This document shows positions 27,190 through 40,893 of a stretch of 64,000 bases of DNA, piece after piece. Each line of letters begins with the position of its first letter. The stretch's first letter is position 1. The position numbers and the translations under genes were made by a program. Below the pieces are notes generated by a model that ran no database searches, was not told the origin of the DNA, and saw only the letters and a program-made list of their open reading frames with translations. Source of the stretch: Cycas panzhihuaensis (taxonomy: Eukaryota > Plantae > Cycadophyta); contig CM041465.1 of the NCBI GenBank assembly GCA_023213395.1, positions 249,557,741 through 249,621,740 of the forward strand, read 5' to 3'.

Positions 27190-27993
27190 ATGCAAGTGTT
27201 TACGAAGCATCCACAAGTTGATCAATCAAGCAGGCATGATCACCCTGTAAGAGCAAGATGGACAACTAATACTTTTGTTAGTAATGTGAAATAGGGAACG
27301 AGCTTATACAATGTTGTAATGCAAACATGAAGAAGATATGATGAATGAAAATAGTGTTTTACTTGTTTACCACTTATGATGAAAAGTTTGATTTGATGTA
27401 TAAATTTGTCATGATGTTAAAAAGCACAATAAGGTTTGATGACAAGGGTTTGAATGGTAAAAAGACAAAAATCAATAAAATGGTCACCATTTAGTGGCAA
27501 AATAAATCACATAAATATTTGGTATTTGACACCAAAAATAGTAATAAATTGAGATATGTTTGATATTAATTTGTGGCAACAATTAGGCACCTTGATTTAA
27601 TACTGAAGTATATGTGTTTTAATAAGGGTTTGATGCTAGTGTTGAATGAGTTCTTGGGTTTAGTACTTCATGTTTAGAAGATTATACATATTGGGAAATA
27701 TGTATGGCTATTGTTTAAGCTTGTTGTAAAGAAGATAGGTCGTCCTTGCCATCTGATCATTGTTCGGAAAGCTACCCTACTTGTTAGACTATTGTGCATG
27801 TTTTATTTACTTGGCACCCTTTGTTGTGTGTTGATACGCCTTAAGTCGTAGAATAACCCTACCCCATTGTTTTGTAAGAAGCAATTTAGTTCAATTTAAA
27901 TAGCATTATAGTTAAGATTAGAAGCATTATACCCTAAGTTCAATTACAAAGAAGATTAACCTCTAAATAAATCATGTCGCTTAACATCTATGA

Positions 27994-28280
27994 TGTTAGA
28001 ATTATAAATTCACTCTGGTACCATTATAGAAATGTAACTAACAAAATAGTAAATGACTGAATAAAATGAAAAAATAATAAAATAAAATAAATAGAGTAAT
28101 ATCGGGATCAGAATATTATATGTTATGCAATATGATATACAATATATGATCTCATATATTATTGATATCTTTATATAGTAGAATTTGTCTTTGGTGTGGG
28201 GTCCACCACTTTCAAGTCTAGATAAATGTGCATTAACTAATTATGTCTTTATTTTTCTTTAATATATTAATATTCTAACA
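27994..28280 (-). repeat. Tandem element LTR1 (3' LTR)
   Basis: tgttagaattataaattcactctggtacca...tattctaaca. It lacks a ~45-bp block present in LTR2 and LTR3. Confidence 0.9.
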
Positions 28281-28399
28281 CTTTTCCTTAATGCACATTT
28301 TGATATATAGATGTTGCTTTGAATTTCTAACGTTTGATCTTTATAAATTTATTGAAAATGATATCTAGCTCTTAGTCTTCAATTTGATCTTAATCTTCA

Positions 28400-29407
28400 A
28401 GTTGTCTTTGTCATATCAACTCTTGAATATAACAATGATATTTGATGGTGATATAATTCATTTTGCTTTATAAAATTAGGTTCTTCATCAATTGTATAGC
28501 ATTCTCAATATCATATTAAATCTTTGTAGATGTAGATCTTGTAGTATCTATTCTAGATAAATTGTTTTAGGAATTTATGTTTTAACTTCTTTGTATTTTG
28601 CTTCATATTGATCATTTTAGATCCTAGGAATATCTCCTAGATTGGACTCAATCACAATCTATTTGAATTCATCAACTTGCAAATTATTCTCATCATTTGA
28701 ACAATTAGAATCATCAATGGATTCTTCAATAAGAGCTTCATCATATTCAACATACTCAGTAGTAGTAGTTTCATCAATAGTAGATTGAGTAGTGCATTCA
28801 ACAATAGTTGATTCATTAATAATGTTATCAACCATATTTTCTTGACATACCCTTTTATTATGTTTTTGGCATACCTTTTCATCATGAACTTTTGTATTTG
28901 CTTGAGAATTTTGATTACTTATAGTATTACCTTCTGTTAGAATTTGAGAATTGCCTTGAGTATTTGGTCTTCTAAATGTTCCTCTCAATTGAGCAAATGG
29001 ATTAATAGGTTCATCAACTTGTTTCAATTTGCTTTTGTTTTTAACAATCACTGGCATTTCATCAAGTGGCTTGACATCTAGAGTATAAATAGATTTTAAA
29101 ATATCTCATACTCTATTTGAAGTAGTAGCATAATATATATGAGAGAGTACATTACCATCCAAAGTAGATAAGTTGTAACTAAGTGCTTTAGTATCTTTGT
29201 GTTTAAGTTTTGTCATTTCTTGTTCTTAATCAAGTGTTAATTTAATAGTAGGATAAATCGTTTCTAGAACTTTGTATACTTTAGAAACAATATCCTATAA
29301 ATTTATAGATTATAAATAAGGTTGATTCTCCTTGACCAAAAAAAATATTTTCTCTTATTAAATTTGAGAATCGTGAAAATTAAAAATATTGATGGAGAAT
29401 ATTCCAT
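28400..29407 (-). pseudogene. Copia gag N-terminus fused to an acidic/Asn-Thr-rich stretch and an RNaseH C-terminal remnant (unit 1)
   Basis: ATG GAA TAT TCT CCA at 29407; KDTKAL gag motif; ORF 28659-29057; YDIENAIQLMKNL...IKYH at ~28410-28520. Confidence 0.7.
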
Positions 29408-30354
29408 TTTGCTAATAAAAATCAATCATAACATGTGCAAAATTCAACCACATGTAATTACAAGTAAGTATAACAATTTATCATACTCAATATGCTAACT
29501 TATATAAATTCTGTTTCTTAGTTTTCTCTCATCGTTCTAGTATAACGTATCAACTTTGAAGTGAAATTTGTCTATCAAGATAATATCAAAATATTTCAAA
29601 TCATAGCTTAAATTATAATACTTAGAGTTAGAATTCCAACAATTTAGAAGGTTTGAAAAACGGATTTCTAGGTAAGAAGATATTAACAACATAATGCAAG
29701 TACCTCTTTATGAAAATGAAATTAAATTTGTTGGAATTTAGTTCCTTTCGCTAACTGATGGTTAATCATATTGAAACTGCAAATGACGAGTGGCTTAATT
29801 GCCGGGGGGCTAACAAACTCTAAATCACTCTCTAATCTAGTTTAATGCATAAAATACATTATTAAAAAAAGTATTAAGATACTAAAATCAAAATTTAATA
29901 ACTTGCATGGCCATTAATCGGGGGATGAACGATGACTGAAATATTGAATTTTTACTTGAAAGATTGATTGGAATTCGTCTAATCTCTAGATTTACTCCTA
30001 GTTTATGAATATCTTTATATTATTTGTGCTTGGCCAAGCTATGATGTATGCTCATAGTGGAGTGTGCATAGGGTTGCACGCATGGAGGTGATGTTAAGTA
30101 GATTTGATTCTCCTTACATGAGTCAAACTAAGGAGGAGATATTTACGTCGAGTAGGAGTAGACATAAGTGCTTAAGAGTTTCGACACAGAGGTGTAACTT
30201 AAGAATATCACAGGATGGTAGTGGCTCATATACAAAGCTTTAAGTCACAGATGTAGGAGCATGTGGATAACATATTGAGTAGGGTCACTAAGCTCACTTC
30301 ATAGAACCACACAATTAATTACAGAGGAAATGCAATTGGTAGTAGGGGTGATCA

Positions 30355-30715
30355 TGTTAAAACCTTCATGTCCTAAGCATTAAGTCTTGACCATGTAAAT
30401 TTATATTTTGGCATTTTATGCTTTACGCTAAACTGCTCCTTTGTTTGATTTTTAAATTGTCATATTATCCTTTTCGTCTTTTATGCCTTTTCCACATGTG
30501 CTAAGTGGAAAAGTCAACTTTAGATAGTCAACACTTGTCACCATCCTCACACACCTTGGAAAGTAGAGTTTCAATAAGTTTTTTATTTATTTTTTGATCT
30601 TTACTCAAACTCCTTTATAAGGAGTGATACATTCCTTGTAAGGTATGTAGTTTTTCAAGTTAGAGTTATGCTACTGAAACTACTCTGATAGGTCAAGTGG
30701 TAGATCAATTCTCCA
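30355..30715 (+). repeat. Copia C 5' LTR (3' part and PBS deleted)
   Basis: Aligns to 50884-51263 only. Confidence 0.8.
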
Positions 30716-30996
30716 CTAAGACATTAAGTGTCGAGGCTCAAAAAGGGTATTATTAGTGTTGTGAACACTGAAAAAAGTACTGTACACTGTATAGCTCAAC
30801 TCTGTTTTAATTGTACTGATTTTGAAAACTTGGTCAATACAGATTCAATTATGAAGTTAGACAACTTGCGAGTGAAGCCCTCCATTCCATCCACATATTT
30901 TTTAGTCTAGTACTGAATAATTTGGGATATTGAGTGGAACTTAAGCAATGTAACTTAAAAAGTTTCCAAGCTCATTATCAGCTACAAAATTTTATT

Positions 30997-32453
30997 ATGG
31001 TAGCATAAATGCTTAATGTAAATACAATCAAATTGACTAGTGTTGGAAGTTATTTAACATGGAAGAAGTAAGTAAAGAATTTATTGATCATGAATAAGTT
31101 GTGGGATTATATCTATAGTACAATTGTTAAACCTGAACCAACTCCAAATTTGACAAATCAAAATAGTCTAATCCCTACTGATCTTGTTGCTATCGTTGTT
31201 TTTAAAGTTAAAGATGAAATCGTACTTATTTATTTATTTGTTAATGATAATGTTGATCAAAATATAGAATCTACAATGACATCTAAATATGCTTAGGATA
31301 TAGTTGTATTATTGTATGAACCAAGAGATGATGTTAGAATAGTCATGTATAAAGCTAAGTTATTTAACTTATAATTTATTTCACCCATGGCAGCTTATCT
31401 CTCATCCATAAAAGCTATCAGTAATTGACTCACAACTCTTGGAACGTCAGTTTCAAATAAAGACCTGGTTACTACAACCACTTAGAGTCTTCCAAAAAAG
31501 TACAATAGTTTCATCTATGATATTTCAAGAAATGGCACCTTGTCAATTATAACTTTCAATGAGTTAGAATGCTTATTACTACAAGAAGAAGAAATCTACT
31601 CATGACAAAATGAGACAAGCACATCAAGTGTTTTCACAACAAAGTTCAAAGGGAAACTACTATTTCAACCCAAGCAAAACTTTTTGAAGAAATTTGGTAA
31701 TCTTAATGTTAATACCACTAAATTTAAGATTATCATTTGTTATAATTATAGAAAAGTATGCCACATTCATTTAAAATATAAAAAGAAACAAAATGATATG
31801 TAGCAATAAAAACAACAATAGAAAAAAATTCTATAGTAATATCAACATCAACAACAACAACAATATTAATGTCAACAACAACAACACCAATGATCAATTT
31901 GAGATGCATTCCAATGTGGACGTCGTGGAAATCCTAGAAGATATCGTGAGGCGGTTTTCAAGGCTACACAGTTCAACATGAATAGAGTGACACACTCTTT
32001 TATGTTTATAGTGGTTGTTAAAATGACAAACACGTGGATTGTAGACTTTGGAGGATCACATCATATGACAAGTAATGTAGAGTTATTAATAGATTTAAAA
32101 GAGAGCAATGGAGAAATAATTATTTTTGGGGAATATCTCACTATAGAGATTTCAAGTGTTGAACAAATTACATCTCTTAATAATCAACACCCTGCTTCTA
32201 TATTTCTTAGTAGCAATGTGTTTTTAGTACCTAGGATGACTGTAAACCTACTCTCTAATATTTAATTAGATAAGTAATAGATGAGTGTTATTTAAAGACA
32301 AGAAATGTATCATTTAGAATAAAGAAGATGAGATTTTTGCCATAGATCATGAAGATCGTGGCCTCTATAAATTAGCCACAACATCTAGATCATCTTATGC
32401 CTTAGTATCTTATTCTCTAAATGAGACTCAATTATGGTATGAGAGGTTAGGAC
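30997..32453 (+). pseudogene. Copia C gag-protease segment
   Basis: SYLTWKK*VKNLLIMNKLWDYI (gag); WIVDFGGSHHMT (PR). It ends LWYERLG, continuing HLN after element D. Confidence 0.85.
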
Positions 32454-32711
32454 TGTTAAAATCAGAGCAAACTAGATCGAATATGCATATGCCAATCACA
32501 GAAACGAGTATGCACAGAGATTTAGTGGGTAAACCCACCTTAGAACATCGATTACATTTGATCCAAAAAGCATAAGAGTACAAATGGTCTTCGGGTATTT
32601 ATAGATCTGTAAGACCTAAAATATCAAATATCTTTTACATCCATCAACCTAAACAATTAATGAAAAATGATTTGTATATTACATTTACATTAGTCAGGTA
32701 ATATTTTAACA
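32454..32711 (-). repeat. Copia D 3' LTR
   Basis: tgttaaaatcagagc...tattttaaca. Confidence 0.95.
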
Positions 32712-32766
32712 TCCCCTTTTAATGTAAATATTGGTCTTCAAAATTATGAAGTATCTAACCTTTGTC

Positions 32767-35700
32767 TCAGAAGGTAGATTCCCCTTCAAGACTAAGCCCA
32801 AAGTTTACACGAATCTTTAAAAATCGATCTTCAGTAAGAGCTTTGGTAAACACGTCGACAAACTGCTCCTCACTTGGATAATATTCAACTTGTATCTTTC
32901 CTGATTTGATTAACTCATAGATGTAGTGGTGCTGTATTTCAATGTGCTTTGTACGTGTATGAAACTCTGGATTATTTGAAAGTCAGATAGCACTTTGATT
33001 ATCACAATGAATAACAAAGTGCTAGATGAAACTCTAGGTATCTCCAAAAGTCCCTGCAACCATATAGCTTCCCTTGCACCAACACTTAGACTTTGATACT
33101 TTGCTTCTGTAGAAGACAAGGCCACAATAGATTGCCTTTTAGATTGCCAAGAGATAAATCCATTTCTAATGTTAAAAATATATCTTGTAGTTGATTTTCG
33201 GTCTTCAGCATCTCCGCCCTAATCAGCATCTGTACACCCATACAATTTTGCCTTGCCACCACGAAGGTATTCAAGACCTAGATTAAGTGTACCCTTAATA
33301 TACTTTAAAATCTTCTTTGCTACACTCAAATGTGGCTCTTATGGATTTTGCATGAAACGAGACACTAATCCAATAGCATAGGCAATATTAGGTCTAGTTT
33401 GAGTTAGATAGATCAAACTCCCTATTAATTGCCGATACAATGTCCCATCTACAGTTGGTTTATCCATCTTCTTTAGACGCTGTATGGCTTTCACACATGG
33501 TGTCCTAGTAGGTTTGCAATCCTTTATCCTGAATTTCTCAAGTAGGGATTGAGTATACCATGTCTGCAACATCATGATGCGATCTTTCATCTGCCTAATC
33601 TTGATGCCCAAGAAGTGATAAAGAGGACCAAGATCTGTCATATCAAAGTTATGACCCAAAAAAGTCTTTGTATCTATAATAGTCTTGCTACAATTTCCTG
33701 TAATAATAAGGTCATCCACATACAAAACAATAAGAACTATTAAATATGCTTTCTTTCTAATATAAAGACTTGGTTCAAAATCTGTTGTTACAAAACCATC
33801 TTCCTTTAATCTAGCATCGATCTTTTCATACAAAGCACATGGTGCTTGTTTTAGGCCATAAAGAGATTTCTTCAAGCGACATATTAAATGCTCTTATCCT
33901 TTCTTCAAGAAACCTAGAGGTTGGGCCATGTAGATCTCCTCTTTTAAGTCTCCATTAAGAAATGCTGACTTTACGTCCATTTGATGTAACACCCAACCAA
34001 ATGTAGCTACTAAAGCAAGGATCAATCAGATCATTGAAATCTTAGAGACTGGTGTAAAAGTCTCTTCAAAATTGATTCCTTATTTCTGTTTAAAACCTTG
34101 AGCTACAAGTCTAGCTTTATATTTGTCTATTTCACCATTATAGTAACACTTTACCTTGTAGATCCACTTGCATCCAACCAAGTTCTTTGTGGGAGGAAGA
34201 CAAACTAAATCCCATGTATTATTCTTCATAAGAGAACAAAATTCTTTCTCCATTGTAGCTTTCTATCGCAGATCTTCCTTCACTTTTTCAAATGAAATAA
34301 AGTTGCTGGAATCATTGGTGTTCATCACTAAGACCTGATTAGCATGTTGACTCCTTGTCCTTTGACCATTTTCTAGAATTTCTATCGTCAGACCAGAATC
34401 TTCAATGGTTCTTCTCACCCATATTAGAATATAGGGTGTAGATTGTGTTTCAATATGTGATAAATCCTCTATGTAACTTCCACTAGGTCCTACTTCAAAA
34501 TCATTCTGCAGAACAGGCTCATGTACTTATAAATTTGCTGAATCATGACTCGAAAAAGGTAGAAGTGGAGGATAAAATATATTTTTAGATGATTTGTCAA
34601 CATGATACGTCAATGAATCATCAAACTTAACATCCTGACTAATCAAGATTTTCTCTCCCTGCGGATTCCAAAGTCTGTAAACCTTACTCTCTGAAGAGTA
34701 CCCCACAAATATACACTTTAAACTCTTGCGATCTAATTTCTTTCGATTTTCATCTGGGATGTATGCATAGGCAATGCACCAAAATATCTTGAAATAATTA
34801 ATGGAAGGTTTATGATTGATCCAACATTCTTCGGGGGTAATGCCATGAACAACAGAAGTAGGTACCCTATTCAAAATATAAACTGATGTTGCCACAGCTT
34901 CTGCCCAAAACTTGGGAGGCAAACTCTTACCATACACCATGCACCTTTCCATTTCCATAATGGTATGAATTTTTCTTTCTGCTACACCATTTTGTTGTGG
35001 GGTATATGTGACAGAGAATTCCCACTTAATACCATTAGCAACACAACGCTGATGAAAGACATTGTTATTATACTCCTTTCCATTATCACTTCTTAATATC
35101 TTAATCTTCATACTACATTTATTTTCAACACAAGTTTTCCATTTATAAAATCTATCAAATACATTAGACTTGTTATTTAAAAAGAAAACCCATGTTTTTC
35201 TATTAAAATCATCTAGAAACACAAGTATATAGTGAGCTCCAGAAATAGAAGGATTAGATAATGGACCCATCAAATCATTATGGACAAGTCCTAATTTCTC
35301 TTTTTCCCTCAAAGCATTATCTTTAGCAAAAAGATAATGATGATGTTTTCCATACATACATCCCTCACAAGCACCCTTTGAACATTGAATATGAGCTAAA
35401 CCAATTACCATTTTTAATCAATTCATAAGGTTGATGCTCCCATAGTTAAGATGACCCAATCTTTCATGCCATAACTTGCTCACATCATCAGCACTGGCAA
35501 TGAAAATATAAGAATCCTTTTGGGTTTTAAAAGACTCAAACACTCAAAAGTTATCCTATACTTTCCCAGTAGTAGCAATAGAGTAATATTTCCTTAGATC
35601 TCTAACTAGACATTTATCATTGTAGAGCTCTATTTTCATACATTTCTTGCAGATTTCCTAAGCCGAGAGAAGATTTAGCTTCATTTGAAGCACATAATAA

Positions 35701-36718
35701 ACACCATCAAATCTACCACCTGCAAGTGAAACAATTCCAATGTCTTTTATAGGAAAAACACTGACATCTCCAAGGATTATGTTAGCATCAATTGAACTTG
35801 TATCTAAGGCATAAAAAATATGCTTCTGATAGGTGATGTGTTTTTGAGCACCTGAGTCTAGGATCCAATAGTCTTTCTTTTCAGATGACATTGTTGAGGC
35901 CTGAATACAATGTGCTGCAACACTTTTTTCTTTCTCATCTTAGCTTACCTTGCGCCTATCCTATTTCTTGATTTAACAATTTCTTTCCCTGTGACCATCT
36001 TTCTTGCACTAGTTGCACCTTCCCATGAACTTCCTCTTTTCACGAGAGGTATCACCAATCTTTTGTGTGGGCTTACTTTCATAGATTATATCCTTCTTTT
36101 GTGTCTTATTATCAAGGCCTGATTTGAAACAGATCCACCGAGCATCCCATGATGCTTTAATTTGGCATCTTCAACTAAGATCAGAGTTTTCAATGGCTCA
36201 AAAGACTCACCTTCCATGGCTTCATCACTACCATAAACAATCTGAAAGGTGGCAAATACAACTGGTAACTTAGACATAATGATGGCAAACAACAAAGCAT
36301 CATCTATTAAGTTTGTCTTTAGCTCATCCAATCTATTTCTCAAATTAGTAATCTTGTTTAAGAAGGCACTAATGTTGTTTTCATCTTCTACCTTTGCACT
36401 CAATAATTTCATCATGAGGGAAACCCAACGATTAGTCTTCTTTTTCTCAAAAGTCTCACATAGTTTGGACCAAATTTTGTATGGGGTTTCAAGATTATGT
36501 ATTAAAGCTCTTTGATCGGGAGCCAAAGATAACTTAAGTAAGCCAACAGCCATAAACTATCTCTCTTCAACACATACACAGTATTTTTCATCTAAAGGCA
36601 ATAAAGGTGACTTAGTGATTCTCCATAGCTAGTTTACCATTAAAACAAGCTCCATGTGTGCTTTCTACTCGTTAAAATTATTTTCATTGAATGTAACTAA
36701 CGGTGCAAGCTTCTCCAT
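32767..36718 (-). pseudogene. Copia D gag-pol with stops and frameshifts
   Basis: MEKLAPLVTFNENNFNE* (gag start); WILDSGAQKH; integrase ORF 34527-35411; LYVDDLII; LSSTEAKY. Confidence 0.95.
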
Positions 36719-37371
36719 GATTATTAAATGACAAAGTAGCTCAGAAGTACATTTGAAACCAAGTTACCTCTCTTGAATAGCAGACCTAAATGCACAACTC
36801 AAGAATAATCAAGTCAAACACTTTCAGAACCCGAAACACTTCAACCAACAACTCTCAAGTCTGATTGTAAAATACACAATATAATGCATTTCTTGAAGCA
36901 ATGCAATCATCAGTTGTTCTTCTAATCACCCAGATGTAATCTCACATACCAACAACTTTCAATGAAGAAATCGTTGCCCAAAGTACTCTTCACTTAACTC
37001 ACTCAAATATTAATCTTCATTAATAAAATTACTTCTCATACACATAATAGTCAAGAAAGCAACTCAACAAAAATTAACTTATTCGCAACCATTAATTAAT
37101 ACAATAATCAAAGTACTCATGCAACCATAATATGTACCATCGAATTCAATATGAATCGTCTGATTTGAAGGGCATCCCGTAAATACCCTAACTGCACCAT
37201 GCAATACGAAGTAACACCTATGAAAGATGCTTAATATCACTATGTATATATACAACTGCAAAGATGTCAAAGCATGCAGTTGCAACACGCACTAATACGC
37301 AGCGCCCTTGGTCAACATGCTAAGACGTACTACATATATATACGACAAACGCATGCAGCAAACACGTATGG

Positions 37372-37535
37372 AAAACATAGATACCAAAACAACGAACACA
37401 CACTGTATATGTGTAGACAACAAGGCAACAAACACACTGTATATACACATAAAACACAGATACCACAACAACGAACACAAACTGTATATGTGCAGATAAC
37501 AAGGCAGTAAACATGCTGTATATACATGGAAAACA
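37372..37535. repeat. Two ~79-bp tandem repeats with internal aacacactgtatat subrepeats in the Copia D leader
   Basis: aaaacatagataccaaaacaacgaacacacactgtatatgtgtagacaacaaggca... repeated at 37372 and 37451; decayed subrepeats extend to ~37620. Confidence 0.85.
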
Positions 37536-38374
37536 GGCGCTGTGTAGAACCCAAACACACACAAGTATTCATAGTGAACACACTATATATATACGGTGAA
37601 CAAACGCTGTGCAGACTCCAAACATGTTGGAGAATAGTACAGACATCAAACGCATGAGTATATATGTAGAGAAGATGTGAGACAGGTGCTAAACGTGTGA
37701 GGATATACACAGTGAAGATGTCAAATATATAAGTACGACTACTTATGCACAATGTATACACAATAGTGGAGAGACAAAATAAGAGACATGCAACCATACT
37801 TTATTCACAACATAACAAAGACTAATACGTATTCCAATATTAAATAAAGGCAGCTAACAAATGTCTCAATAGTCTCCAAATAATCTATTGATGATGAAAT
37901 CACAATAGGGAGAATAGAGGGTTCCTTAACTAGACAGAGGAGGAGGGCAACAAAGGGTGACAGAGTAATATGGTTTATAACCAGAATGCCTTAAAGTTTT
38001 CTTGGACAATACAAACGTTGAAGGTAAAGTGACTGTCAACACAACATACTGACATTCTACAACAATCTCTAGGTTTTATAATGATGCACGAACAATAAAA
38101 TAAATATGGGCATGTAGAGGGATAAGAGCACAACACTATAGAGACAACAGAGCAAGAGGAATAACATAAAGTACCTTTAGATGAGACCAAAATAAGGTAT
38201 CTGTAGCATCTTCAAGGTCAATTCACCTTCAAAACTCTTCTCAAATGTCAAATAGAACTGAAGATAGGGCTGCACCAATTCTACATGACACCATACTTCT
38301 ACACTTCCAGTAATCAGATCACAACACCATGTGGCTCACTCGACAGTAGCATACAACCACAAGCTCTGATACCA

Positions 38375-38632
38375 TGTTAAAATCAGAGCAAACCAGATCG
38401 AATATGCACATGGTAATCACATAAATGAGTATACATGGAGATTCAATGGGTAAACCCACCTCAGAACATCGATTACATTTGATCCAAAAAGCATGAGAGT
38501 ACAAATGGTCTTCGGGTATTTATAGATCCATAAGACCTAAAATATCAAATATCTTTTACATCTGTCGGTCTAAACAATTAATAAAAAAAGATTCGTATAT
38601 TACATTTATATTAGTCGGGTAATATTTTAACA
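38375..38632 (-). repeat. Copia D 5' LTR
   Basis: Preceded on the plus strand by gctctgatacca (rc of the tRNA-Met PBS). Confidence 0.95.
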
Positions 38633-38637
38633 AGAAC

Positions 38638-39841
38638 ATTTAAATTTGAAAAGCATAAGACAGACGTTCAGACTTAATTACGTGGAAATAACATCGTGAA
38701 CCTTTGTAGAAAGATAAGCCTGAGAGAGCTTAACATTTATTATAGCTGGTTCATTCTAATATTTGTAGACACATATCCACACAGTCACTTGGCAGCTTTT
38801 CATTTTTGATTACCTTTATTGATAATTACTCACACAAAGTGTGGGTTTACTTTTTCAAACACAAGTTAGAAGCACTAAACAAGTTTAAAGAATTTAAACT
38901 TTTAGTTAAAAATGAGTCGGGCATGGGAATTAAGATATTTTAACATGACAATGGTGGTGAGTATACGTCCAAAGAGTTTAATCAATTTTATATTAAAAAA
39001 GAATTAAATACTAATTTTCTACCCCTTATACACCTCAACAAAATAGTGTGGCAGAACACATGAACAAAACCTTAGTTAGTAAAATAAAGACAATGATGCA
39101 TATTCAAAGTCTCTCTTAGTTTTATTAGGCAGAAGCAATCCTCATTGCTACTTATTTATCAAATCATAACTCTACTTTGGCAGTTTCAAGCATGACACTC
39201 GAAGAGTCATGGACCGAGCAGAAATCCATGGCTAGTTATTCACGCACTTTTAGATGTGTGGCATATATAAATGTTTCCTAAGAGCAAAGAGAGAAGTTTA
39301 ATGACAAGAGTCTCAAATACATCTTTATTGGATATGCTTCTGCCAGTAAAACCTACATATTGTATTATCTGATTGATAAAAAGATATATATTTCATGAGA
39401 CATTATCTTTGTAGAAGATAATAGGGAGTTGGATTTTAGTTCCCTTTCAATCTCCCTTGATGAAGGCAAAGCCATCATTAAGTATTGTATTCCCTTAACA
39501 TCTTCTACACCATCTACACCATATCCTTCATTAACACCTGCTTCTCCTTCCTCGTCATCTTCCTTAGTTCCTTCATCAATTCCTGTGAATTCTTTAGAAA
39601 TTCAACACACTTCACTATCATAGGATAATGAAGTAATAACTCCACTGATGAAGAAGTTGTTGAAATAGTAGTTATAAATTGTTGTAGATAAGTAAATTGT
39701 TAAAGGCAAACATCCATCTAGAATGCAACCACAAGCTACTGATAACTATGCACTTGTAGTTGAAATGCTTAATACTCTCGAGCCTTTAACTTTTGAGGAG
39801 GTATATTTAGATAAATAGTGGTAAGATGTTATGGATGATGA
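38638..39841 (+). pseudogene. Copia C integrase segment
   Basis: ITFIDNYSHKVWVYFFKHKLEALNKFKEF; DNGGEY; PYTPQQNSVAEHMNKTL. Confidence 0.85.
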
Positions 39842-40893
39842 TGATCTAGGAGGATCTACCATATGTTTACAGGATGCGGAAAATGCTAGACATTGGCATA
39901 ACTAAAAGAGATATGGCCAAATGGTATCAAAATTCTATGAAATTTTGTGTAAAGGGAGACGACACATCCCACTAGATGTGTACACAAGGTGGGGTTCAAA
40001 AAATATCATTTGATTAGAGTTCAAGCCTTGTTTTTGCATAAAATTAATCCCACAAATAGTAAAAAACAGAAAATATATATCATCATTATATGAATAGAAA
40101 TATGGCTAAATGACATCCAAATGAGCTAAAATTTTGAGGAAGCGGAGGAGACATGCGTTCCTATACGTGTACCAAATTTGAGCTGAATTGGAGTCCGTTA
40201 AGGTCATTTACAAGCCACAACTTTTAAGAATTACATGAAGGCCACTTGGACAACAGAAAACCAGTAAATACATATTATTATTAAATGAATAAAAATGCAG
40301 TCAAATGACATCTAAATGAGCTAAAAATTTGAGGAAGTTGAGGGGACATGCGTTCCTATACGTGTACCAAATTTGAGCCAAATTGGAGTACGTTAAGATC
40401 TGTTACAAGCTGCAAATTTTTAAGAATTGCATGAAGGCCATTTGGATAACATGCATTCTGGTGGTTAGTGGTTATACTTGCATGATTGCTACTTGTTAAA
40501 CATGTAATTCTGGTTTCTTTCTATAAATTGAGCCCTACTACAGGTTGGAGAGGGGGGTTCTTGGAGACTTGACTTGGGAAGCATCCTTGGAGAAGCATTT
40601 GGAGGGTTGGAGTCCCCCTTATGGTATAATTGTAACATTTATTCCTTGTAATTTTACCATTCTTTTGCTAGTTGATTTCTCCACCATTAAATGGAGATTT
40701 TCATGGTTCAATAAAAGTATTACTCCTCATACTTTTTGGATCAATGTCAAGAATAAATGATTTGGTGTAGAATTTTCCTTTCATAGGCTCATTGTTGTTT
40801 TGATGTTATTGAGCTTTCTACACTAACTCCCAGGATCTCAAGGAGGAAAGGTTGATAATTGATTTCTTCACCAACTAAGCTCTTTTGGGATCA
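39842..40893 (+). repeat. Element E 5' LTR
   Basis: Highly similar to 45491-46544; contains ~190-195-bp internal repeats. Confidence 0.96.

Larger units (their letters stand above)
32454..38632 (-). mobile_element. Full-length Ty1/copia D with short LTRs and a long leader
   Basis: 258-bp LTRs at 32454-32711 and 38375-38632. TSD AGGAC/AGAAC; PBS (rc) 38363-38374; PPT (rc tcccctttt) 32712-32720. Confidence 0.96.

Noticed and set aside
31793-31981. Asn-rich ORF
   Set aside because: An (AAC)n-type low-complexity stretch in the gag-protease linker of Copia C, not a separate gene.
37274-37797. Five overlapping ORFs (up to 155 aa, Cys/Val/Tyr-rich)
   Set aside because: They are by-products of CA/TG-rich tandem repeats that lack stop codons; no domain is recognisable.
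40545-40760. Near-identical 71-aa ORFs at 40545 and 46196
   Set aside because: Both lie in the two LTRs of element E. The identity reflects LTR duplication, not coding constraint.
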